This document shows positions 12,784 through 23,900 of a DNA stretch of 64,000 bases, piece by piece. Location: assembly GCA_907165135.1 (NCBI GenBank), contig OU015567.1, forward strand, positions 10,106,001-10,170,000, given 5' to 3'. This DNA is from Oikopleura dioica (Eukaryota > Animalia > Chordata). The notes under the pieces were generated by a model that made no database searches, was not told where the DNA came from, and saw only the letters and a program-made list of their open reading frames with translations. Every line of letters starts with the position of its first letter. The first letter of the stretch is position 1. The position numbers and the translations under genes were made by a program.

Positions 12784-15700
12784 ATGAATTATTTTCCACC
12801 TTTTTTCCAGGTTGAATTTCGATAACATTATTGAAGAGAACTAACGGAAGAAATTTAGGACTCACGATTGTCGGGCAGCCCGGGCAATCGCTTTGGATCG
12901 CAATTCAACAATACCTTCGGTGCTCACTCTGCGCCGCCTAATCGCGATATAAGCTCGCCTAGTCGAGCAGACTCTCAGGTAATCATAATTTATATCTATC
13001 AATCGACTACATTCTTCCGATAAAATCCCACTGTCTAAAAGTACAACAAGTTAACGACCCTCAGTAAACCCAGGATAAACCTTAAAAGGTCAGAAAGCCG
13101 CCAAAACAGGCGGAAATATCTCCCAGTAACAAGACATTACGTAACGAATCCCTTGTTATGTCCTTATGAGTGGATAGCGATCCACTGTTGTCATGTTTTT
13201 GAGCCTTCGCTACCTTACAAAATAGCTCGCATTCCAATTGACTTGAAATTTACTCATTAGTAAATATACTCCGATAGTCCTAGAAAATCAAGACGGGAGA
13301 CAGACAAATCCGTAAATAATAGTTGTATATACGAAAACAGAAGAGTAGATAAGTATTTATGTGCGCATTCAGATGAAGGATATTTTCGAAGACATCGCCA
13401 CTGTCGGCACTAACTTCGAGCAACAACTGCGTATAAAATTGGATCAGGATTCGAGAGACATCAACCAGAACTTCAACCAGAATCAACCACAGTCGAACGT
13501 CAGTCAGATGATACCAATGAATGTGAGTTTTAACAAGTCATTTATCAAAAAATTATCTAGTTTTTGGGTAAAAAAATCCGATATTCCTCGTTGATTTCTA
13601 TTGGTTTAATTGAGATTCCATTTGAGTTTCTAGTGAACCCTGAGGTCTGCATAACTGAAATGAACTTGTATCTTACTCTCATTCCCCCTGACGTCAGCAA
13701 GAACAGTCAACCCCCGAACAGAGCAGACAAGACTTTGCCCTGGGTCATTTTTATTGATGTCTCTCCCTTTTTGTCCGTGTTTTCCTCTTTAATTTGGGTT
13801 AAAATTTACATTTGACCACTCTCTCTTTTGGAGCTTTTGGCTCATCATTTGGCGAGCTGATTATATAGCTCAATTGACGATCCGTCGAGGTGTATTGTGC
13901 GAACGTAAGGGGCTTTTTCGGTTTTGGTTAGTTTTCAGCTTTGAGATTTTGTTTTCAAGACGATGTGTATTTAATTCGCGACATTTCTCCGCGACAGAGA
14001 CCGTCTCACTCTCTGCCAGATGCGAGTTCGCGTAAATAAAATAGCGAGCCACCATTCCTTACTAAAAGAACTTTTCGAAAAAACAGAGAAATGACGCGCG
14101 CGTCCGAGAGAAATCGGGTTCGGCGGTCGTCATTCGTAGCCATCAGCGAGAGTCAAAATGAAAATGTAAAAGTGGTCAAGGTCAGGTGACACAGGGCGAA
14201 TGCGTAAAGTCTAGGGTATCTCTCACGTACTGGGCGGAGCTCAGCGGGGGAGCAATTAGTAAACTTAATTAGTAATTGAAGTTTGGTGAGAATTCTAACG
14301 CCTTGTTCTAGAATGCCAGACGCCCGCCTCAGGCGAGTTCGGTCGCTCAATCATTCTCGCCTTCGTCGTGCCCAACTCTTTACATGCCAGTCAAGCAGGA
14401 GATGACTGATGATGAGATCAGACAGATTCAAAAGGACCGACAGAAAAAAGACAATCATAATCTGAGTAAGAAAAGCTTTCATACTCATTTTTTCTATCTC
14501 TCAATTCTAGTTGAACGACGACGACGGTACAACATTAATGATCGAATCAAAGAACTCGGTCAGCTTATTCCTCGCTCTGGCGATCCGTAAGTCGATAACA
14601 ATCAAGCGAATGTCCGAATCCAATTTAGAGAAATGCGATGGAACAAGGGCAATATCCTCAAAGCAGCAGTTGAGCACATCCGAAAGCTGCACACGCGCCA
14701 AGAGCGCCAGGTCCGCTCCGACGATCGAGCAAAGAAAATGGAAGCGATGAACAGACAACTGATGATTCGACTTCAAGAATGCGAAAACGCAATGAGATCA
14801 AATGGACTCGATGTTCCAGATATGCCAGAGCGAGATGAATTCATCGCGCAACTCGGCGGAAATGGTAAGGAGTTAGGATCAAAAAGAATCTATTCCTAAC
14901 TCTATTCCTAGAAACTGGAAATATGCTCGATGATGACTTGGAGAGCGCACCTTCTCCCGGAGACATCATGAGCCTCAACGACGATCTACAGTCGACGCAC
15001 AGTATGCAAAGCCAGAACTTTATGTCCTCGCCTCGTCGCATTGGTGGATCCGAGCCCAAGCCAATGCCCGGCCAGCCCTCAACGCTTCAACAACCGAGCT
15101 CGTTGAATCAGGTTCAAGTCCACAATATCCAACTTGTTTCTTCCTCCACCAGCACCGCCTCGATAATTCATTCTAACAACCTAAATCATAATCACAGCTC
15201 ACAGCCTCATCTCAATATGAATTTGAATGAGCCAGATCCACTCTACGGCATGTTTTATTAACAACTTGCTTGTTTCGAAGTTTTACAGTGAGCTAACTCG
15301 AGAATGAAAAAACGACAGACAGTGAGAATAAAATAAATTGTTACTGCGTTATACTGTTTGTTTCCTACGTCTGGATCTTACTCATGTTTAACCCTCTGTC
15401 GCAGGGAAATCCAAGAAAACGGTAAACAATCAGTCTATCCGAAATAAAAGAACAATTATCGAAGGTGCCTCGTGTGTGACTTACTCAACTGTAATGTGTG
15501 TTACTGTATTTACCCCAACCTCCAACTATGTATTGCTTCAACGAAATTTTGTTAAATAAACTAAACGGCGATTCTAGTTTTCTCATCAAAACGCGTCTTC
15601 CTTTGCGAGCGGAGTCGGCACGCCCGAGTTCGGCTCCCTCTTCAGCCAGTTGCAAGAGCTCATCAACGACCCCAGCCTACAGGATGTCACTGACATGGGC

Positions 15701-15916
15701 GGTCAAATGGCAGCCAATCAAAATCGCCAGGCACAGCCCCAGAGCCAGGCGCGACAAGCCCCCGAGCAAGTTCAAAATTACCCGGATCCAGTTCATGATA
15801 TGGACTTTGGTCGACAGGTGGCGTTGTTTTAGGAACTAACCGAAGTTGATCTCGTTGTTTAGGAAAACACAATCTTTCAAGAAGATTTCAACATGGGAGA
15901 TGATATTCAGGAATGA
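12784..15916 (+). CDS. MITF: MITF/TFE-family bHLH-Zip transcription factor
   Basis: DIFEDI acidic segment, [67 protein letters not shown]. Exons at 12784-12810, 12859-12978, from 13372, and ~14330-15246. Putative last exons at 15578-15817 and 15863-15916. Confidence 0.9.
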
Positions 15917-16329
15917 GTCTAAAAGAGCTTTTTGATCCAACCTACTCCCAAGTCAAGACCGAGAATTGCCTTGAAGACTCCTGAAAAGTTCGATTAACTC
16001 TTCCTCCCAACGTTCTCTCCATCAAAATCTTTTCCCCTGGCGTATCGCTTCCAAGCTTTTTCCCCTTCAGCCCTTTTTATAAATCTTTTTTATAAAAACT
16101 CTTTATGTTCATTTATTATTATTGTGCTCGCGAAAAACTTTTTTCCTACTCCTTTTTCCCTCCTTAATGTTCCTCCCTTTCTCTGAAAAAAACTGAAAAA
16201 CATCTTTATAAAAAAACAATGATCAAATTTCATTATTCTCGCGTTTTCTTCTTTTTGCTTTTTAAAATAACCAGTAGACATTTTTCAACAAAAATTCAGC
16301 ATAATCTCCGGTTACGTTTTTTTCCTTAA

Positions 16330-17065
16330 GGGACCTTGTCGAGCTAGCTGAGGCGCTACTTCAAGCGCGCATCATGTAATTTGGACTTGAGATATTCTGA
16401 AAATTCTTTTTGCATTCATTATCTTCAGAATCTCCTCGTTCTTCTCCAGGTTTTACTTTTTCTCTATCATAAGTAGTTTTGTTAGAAGTTCAAAAAAGAG
16501 AAGTTCAACTTCAAAAGGAATCAGCACTTACAATTTTCAAGATATAAAATTATAACTTATCTCATTGGAAAGCCCAGACAATTCTCTACAAAAGTTACCT
16601 AATGGGGTTATGATGACAATACCCTGTCGAGATCAAGGTGAGCTTTTCCGGAGTGGATCGGTTCCACAGCGGGCGTTCGCGCTGCGCGAGGCATTATTTT
16701 GGCTTGTTTGCGCATGATTCCCGCAAAGCGCGCGCTAATAACTTCGGATTACTGATTCTTACCACTCTATCACTGATTTTCATAAAACCCCATAAGGTAA
16801 CTTTTGTAGAGAATTGTCCGGGCTTTCCAATGAGATAAGTTATAATTTTATATCTTGAAAATTGTAAGTGCTGATTCCTTTTGAAGTTGAACTTCTCTTT
16901 TTTGAACTTCTAACAAAACTACTTATGATAGAGAAAAAGTAAAACCTGGAGAAGAAAGAGGAGATTCTGAAGATAATGAACGCAAAAAGAATTTTCAGAA
17001 TATCTCAAGTCCAAATTACATGATGCGCGCTTGAAGTAGCGCCTCAGCTAGCTCGACAAGGTCCC
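16330..17065. mobile_element. Non-autonomous foldback element with ~280-bp TIRs and TTAA TSD (Kolobok-like termini)
   Basis: TTAA|GGGACC...GGTCCC|TTAA. Arms ~16330-16609 and ~16787-17065 are near-perfect inverted repeats. Confidence 0.9.
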
Positions 17066-17974
17066 TTAACTTTTTGGTTTGTTTGATGATTTTTATTTAA
17101 ATCTTAACTGTGTCTGATTAAAAATAATATCGGGGCTAATTTTTTTACTAACCATTTTACCGAATTTCCGCGCTTTCTCCTTACGACTTGATTCTTCGGT
17201 TTGTATTCCTCAATTTTCAATTTTCAATTTCTACTTTTCATTTTTGTATATTCCTAAAAATAAGTGATCTTCCTCCTTATTATTCTCTTATCCAAACTTT
17301 TGAGCTTGCACCTTCTAAAATTGTACTTTTTGCCCTTTTCTGACCTTCCCCTACTACCGGTGCTACTCTTCAATAACCGCGATTCTACTCAATCTCAAAA
17401 TTCACAATTATCTCCATTTTTTAAATATGTAGCTTTACTAATCCTGGTGATTAAAATATCAATAATCGACGCAGAAAAAAAGATGAATAGGCGAATGTCT
17501 GCCTACATTTTTTATTTCTGTTTTCTTTAAATTGATAGTTCAAAAATTCAAAAATTTCAACATATTTTTTTGCTCCAAAAGTTCATTTTCTTTGTGTATC
17601 AAATTTTATTCTGGAAGGATTCTCTCTTGTGTTTCCCCAAAGAAATGTTCAACTTGCAAAGTGAGAGATGATATTCTTTAATATTGTATTCCTGCTCTTT
17701 GATATCGGACAAAATAAATTCTTATAAAATATGACCAAGCCTTTCTTCACTCATTTCTTTATGATTTGGGTGATAAAATACGGGCAATCTTTATGCGGGA
17801 TGGAAGGCAGGGCATTTACTTAGGGCACTCTTCCATGATTTCAAACCGTTCAACCTAAGGCGCACGATTTGCGCGCATGCAATCTTGATTTCCCGATCAA
17901 CCGTTTGTATTTTTCAAAATTGGTTTGTTCTCGCCACCAAGTGGGCCGCTTCCCTGACTCGAAAGTGACTCGTT

Positions 17975-18008
17975 TATAAACGGCTGGCCAGGAAAAAAAC
18001 GCTTCACT
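17975..18008 (+). promoter_or_regulatory. Candidate TATA + Inr core promoter of alpha-tubulin
   Basis: TATAAA at 17975-17980 and TCACT with its A at 18006, 31 nt downstream. The ATG is at 18082. Confidence 0.35.
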
Positions 18009-18081
18009 CCAGCCTTCGCCGAGATTTTAATATCTCGACAGAACCAGAGCCCTTGAGTTTTTATATTTTTACTAACTGATC

Positions 18082-19668
18082 ATGCGGGAAGTGATCTCCA
18101 TCCACGTCGGCCAGGTAATAGCGAGAAATACCAGAGATATCCTTAATAAACTCGTCCACACAATATCCTCAACTGTCTCTTCTAGGCCGGTTGCCAGATT
18201 GGCAATTCGTGCTGGGAGCTGTACTGCTTGGAGCACGGGATCAACCCCGACGGAACTGTTCCAGAAGGAATGAACAACGAGAATTTCTCGACGTTCTTTT
18301 CCGAGACCGGAACGGGCCAGTACGTTCCTCGATCCGTCTTCATGGATCTGGAGTCGTCCGTCATCGGCCAGATCCGTTCAGGAACCTACAAGCAGCTCTT
18401 CCACCCCGAGCAGCTCATTACCGGCAAGGTAAGTTTAAATCATGAGAACTGTCGTTAGAATTATTTTCAGGAAGATGCAGCGAACAACTACGCCCGTGGC
18501 CACTACACCATCGGCAAGGAGATCATCGACCGGGTCCTGGACCGAATCCGAAAGCTCTCGGATAACTGCACCGGTCTCCAGGGCTTCATGGTCTTCCACT
18601 CCTTTGGTGGCGGCACCGGAAGCGGTTTCACCTCGCTTTTAATGGAGCGACTTTCCGTTGACTACGGAAAGAAGGCGAAGTTCCAGTTCGCCGTTTACCC
18701 GGCGCCGCAAGTGTCAACTGCCGTGGTCGAGCCCTACAACTCGATCTTGACCACGCATACGACGCTGGAGCACACTGATTGTGCGTTCATGGTCGACAAC
18801 GAGGCCATCTACGATCTCTGTACGAAGAGGTAACGTTTTCCATTTCGCATGCTAAATCTAACAGTCAATCTTCAGACTCGGCGTCGAGCGGCCATCGTAT
18901 AGCAACCTGAACCGAATCATTGCTCAGGTTGTCTCCTCGATCACCGCCTCGCTGCGATTTGAAGGATCGCTCAACGTGGATCTTAATGAGTTCCAAACGA
19001 ACTTGGTTCCGTATCCACGAATCCACTTCCCGTTGGCGACCTACGCGCCGATCATTTCCGCCGAAAAAGCGTTCCACGAGTCGCTTTCAGTCGCGGAATT
19101 GACCAACGCTTGCTTCGAACCAGGCGGACAGCTGGTCAAATGCGACCCAAGAACTGGTAAGAGTCTTTCAAATGAGAGTTGTTCGAAATTTTTTAAGGCA
19201 AGTACATGTCATGCTGCTTGCTCTACCGCGGCGACGTCGTGCCCAAAGACGCCAACGCCGCCATTGCAGGCATCAAGGCCCGACGATCCGTCCAATTTGT
19301 CGACTGGTGTCCAACTGGTTTCAAAGTTGGCATCAATAACGAGGCACCCGCAGTTGTGCCAAACTCGGACCTCGCCAAGGTTCGACGAGCACTCTGCATG
19401 CTCTCTAACACGACGGCGATCGCAGACGCCTGGTCGAGATTGAACCACAAGTTCGATCTCATGTACGCGAAGAGAGCCTTCGTCCACTGGTGAGGACTTT
19501 AATTTTCCGACCAAAAACTTATATTTTTGAAGGTATGTCGGCGAAGGCATGGAGGAAGGCGAATTCTCCGAAGCCCGAGAGGACCTCGCAGCCTTGGAAA
19601 AGGATTACGAGGAAGTTGGAATGGACACCAACGACGCTGAGGGCGAAGAAGAAGACGAAGAATATTAA
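18082..19668 (+). CDS. TUBA: Alpha-tubulin, divergent isotype, 6 exons
   Basis: [29 protein letters not shown]-terminal GEEEDEEY. Five short GT-AG introns. Confidence 0.97.
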
Positions 19669-20966
19669 ATTTGTTCGATAAGTTCAACGAATAAACTTCG
19701 TATTTTATACACAAGGTCTTATTGATTACAAATGTTTGTTTCATGCAGGGAAATTAGAAGATAATTGAAAATAAATTGTATTGAATTAATCTGGCTGATC
19801 AGAGTTTCGCTGAAATTCATTGTTTTTTTAATAGAACACTTTTTAAAGTTGAAACTTTAAAGTTTTGAGAAAGTCTTTTGATTTCCTGAAACGCTGAGCC
19901 TAGCTCATTCGCCGCTGACAAATCTGACAAGACTCTCGGAAGTGGCCCATCTCGAGAGCCGCTTCCTTTCGTACTTGCGCGCATTATGCCTTCGTTTATC
20001 AACCTTTCCTAACAATTCTGAAATCTAAAAAACCCTAAATCTTCCTCAGCGCTAAACAATCTAAGGGAAACGCGCTCGCGGAAATCCTCGGCGTCTGGAC
20101 TGCTTAGCTTGGCGCGATTAGAATTTTGAGGTTAGCCCAGTTGTCCGCAACGTTCCATCTAAGAGAGCTTGACCTGGCACGTTGGGGGACTCATTTTCGG
20201 GGAGAACAGAACAGTATTTTGTTCAAATAAGATCAACGCTGAAGTGAGCATTTCGAGTCCCAACGTCATCAGTCTCGCACTCAACTTTCAAAGTCTAGTC
20301 GACAAACTAGGGAAGAGTTCTGATATGAAAATGATAACTAAGTAAACTTACGTATAAACCCGTCATGTTCGCAAGAAATTTGCCGCAGAAGGCTAGTGGC
20401 ACTTGGAACGAATTTCGGCTATCTCGAATTATCTTAGGTACTTCTTTTCATCATTTATCGAACTTGAGGTTGCCTCGAACACTGTCTATTGTACACTTTC
20501 AGTTGATTTCGTCGTAACTTATGAATCATAATTTATTGAGAAATGATCTTGACTCGTCTGTCTCCTTGTCTGATAAGCCGATTTCTTGTTAGCACTTGGC
20601 ATTAACTCTCCGAAAAAGTACCTACCCTTTAGCTTTTTTTCAATAGATAATAATTCGTCCCTCAGCCGCAAATAACGGACAGAGCTTAAAAGGATAAAGT
20701 ACTGTACTGACAGCCAGACGGTCTCAAGCTTCATGGTTCTAACCGACAAAAAGAAAAACTTCGGCGAAATTATCATCCAAGTGCCTCGAAATCGGTTGGT
20801 CGTAGTAGTGACGCGCGGCGCTGCAGAGCGATTTTCTCTTTCGCGCGGCAAGTTTTCATGAAAAATAGGTGTACGAATTAAGCACAGTAAGGAAATTTCT
20901 TGATCGTTGATACTTTTTTTACAAGAGAGCTTTACGACATTTTGTCATTGACGAAGAACGTGAGAG

Positions 20967-23900
20967 ATGATTTGGCTGATTTTGTTGAGTTCTTCAGCAG
21001 GTAGATTTTTTTTGAAAAATAATCCTTTCTGAATAAGGACCTTTTGAAAAATTTTGGAAGATGCTTAATTTTTATGTTCAAAAAAATCATTCAAAACAGC
21101 GAGTACGAATGTTATTTATTAATCCCCTTCTGAGCGAAAAATTATTCAGCCATTATTTCTCATTCTAACCATTTTTCTTAGTCATTTAGTCAACGAATAA
21201 ACCAGAAAATTTTTAGTTTTATATAATTAAGAAAATCATTAATTCCCAGAAAAATGATTTCAAACGTCATGCGCACTAAGTCTAGCAATCCAATATTCTC
21301 ATAAATTCAATATTCTACGATTGAATAACACATCTGTTATTGAAAAATTCCGCTACGTCAGTAAATTAGACCAAAGTCCACCGCTCCAAGATTAGAACCC
21401 GCGGATAAGAATGCAAATTGCATCGCCAGAAAATGAAGAAATTTTCTTCTAAGCTCAGCAGTTACGCTTTAAAATGGCTAAAACATATTGCTAATTTCTG
21501 GGAAACATTTTTTGAACTTGTAGGAATTTGACGCTACTAAATCAGGGTTCGGTATTTTGAATTCGTCGAAAAATTCGCCAATACACGCAGCGAATATGCT
21601 CTTTTCTTAAGCGAATGAGCGATTGTTCGCGAATCGCCTATTCGGGCGAATATTCGCTCGAAATTGAGCGTACAGCCCTGGATTGGCTGAACTCCAGGGC
21701 CGCGGGCGAGAAAAGGGTGGCGCCCGCGAGCTATAAGGTTATTTGGGCGGTGAAAATAAAATTATAGGCTGCGCAACGTCAAAGCCCGACCAATCAGAGC
21801 GCGCGGCAAAGCGAATATTTGAGAAATTCGCTGAATTTCTGAAAAATTCTCCGAGAAAATTCGTTTTCATTCGTTTTGCATATTCGCTCATTAGAGAATA
21901 TTCGTAAACGAATAAATAGAAATTCAAATGAAAAACGAATAATTTTGCGAATTCAAAATACCGAACCCTGTACTAAATACCGGTTTCGCTCGATAATTCT
22001 AGTGAGAGAGCGCGGTAGCGATGGTTTTCTGCGAAGATCTAAGAAAAACTTTAAAAATAAATGATAAAAGTGAGCTCTCCTCATTTTAGGTTAGGTTGCC
22101 GAGATCATGGGCCCCTTTTCTCCCATAGAAACTTGCGATTCTAAAAAGTGCAATCATCTAATAATAATTTCGGGAAGTCCGGATGAGCTCAATTTGTAAA
22201 CTGGGTAGAGTTCAACCCTTCCGCAAAATTTTGATTTCGTTGAGCTGGTCGCCTCTATTATCCGTTGCAAATTTCCCAAAAGATGCTTCAACCGAGATTC
22301 ACCAAAATGTGGTTTTCGAGGAAAACCAACGCTAACACTAAAAACGTCGAAAATGAACGTGGAGAAGTAATTAACGATTTTCAGTTATACATGCTAACCC
22401 GTGGAAAAGAATAGAGTGCTGGAGTTGCGACAAAGGAGGTCACGTGCGCGGCAACAATTTCGGCCCAGAAGAGTGCCAGAAATATGGCAAAATGGTGACT
22501 TGCAATCCGGGCGAGGTAAGACCAAGCGAAAACAAGCTTTATTACTTGAAATGCTAAAGTTATGAATAGCGCGTGCGATTTTCTCAAATCTCAAAATGCA
22601 AATTGCAAAAATTCAATCTCCGAGTTTCGAATTTAGAGCCACCCAAACTCGGAATAAATTCAATTTCGAAAAGGTGTCGCTCAGATAACTCCCCGACAAA
22701 AATGACTTGTCTACTTGTCAAAAAATGTTCTCCGAGAAAAACTCCTTTCAAAAAACGTTACGATCCTGATGATAACCATCATCAAAGCTTTTTTAAAAAA
22801 AGTGAAAACAGGTTCATTCCACAACAAAAGCTTTGAATTCCGAATGGATTCCACGTACCACTTTTTCGGTCGAGCCTTCCTAGAATATGAATTTGCGGCA
22901 ATTTTTTTTTCAGTGAAAAATATAAATTGTACCACTTTTGGAAATGAAAATGTATACAAATTGCCCTCACGTTTTTAAATTCCCCGATGTACGGTATCTT
23001 CTCAGCCCTCAAGCACCAAACCCTTTAAACCAAAATAATGACCCAATCTTTATTTATCGCCGAACTGCGCACAAGCTTAGTCTGGTACCGCGAAAAGGAA
23101 TTCGTTGCATCATCGTGCTCCGTTATCACTTGAAGCACCTCTCGGCGGCTGATCAAACTCGACCGCTTCTTGAGGATATAAAAATGCTCGTGCCAAATAC
23201 TCTCTTTAGGCATTTCAAGGAAAAAACGTGGACGAAGGGGTTTTTGTCCGTTGATGAGCCATTTTACTGATCAAATAAAAACAAACTCCGCACATTTCAA
23301 AACCGCGAGTTTTAGAACTTACAAAACTTCTGGCTTTTGTAAATTTTCTCAGCTCGATCTGCGGGTCACATGATAAGGCGGCCAAGCTCCTTCTCGCTGT
23401 GCTAGAATTCGCTAATCCGATGGTTCACATTTCCTTGAATCGAACGTTGATATAACTGGGAGGAATTTTCCTCCCTTCCTTTACAAGCCGCAGCTAATTT
23501 TATTTTAGATTTGCGCCGCCGAGATCAGATTTGAGCAGCCAGACTTTGAAGGCAACTTTAAAAGCATACGGGAATGGAGAGGATGCAAACAAAGAAAAGG
23601 GATGATAAAAATGTTTTCAGAGAGCAAAATACCTATATTTGATTAAAGAATTTCAAAGTCGGGTAGACAGAATTTATCAATCTCTCGTGTAGACAAGCGT
23701 GTTTTGGACAGCTCAACCTCAACAGCGACCATTGTTACCAGCAAAATATCAGAAATCCTCTTCTGTGCGCCACTTGCTGCGATAAGAAAACGGGTTTCGG
23801 CAATCAGCGACTTAGGCACTACATATTAGCGTGCCTGTAAGTTCGAAAATCGAAACCCAATCATAGCCCGGCTGCAACTTTATCAAGCCGATTGAGCAGC

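Noticed and set aside
19817-20851. Minus-strand ORFs with some splice-like sites
   Set aside because: Could not be joined without stops, and no domain was recognised.
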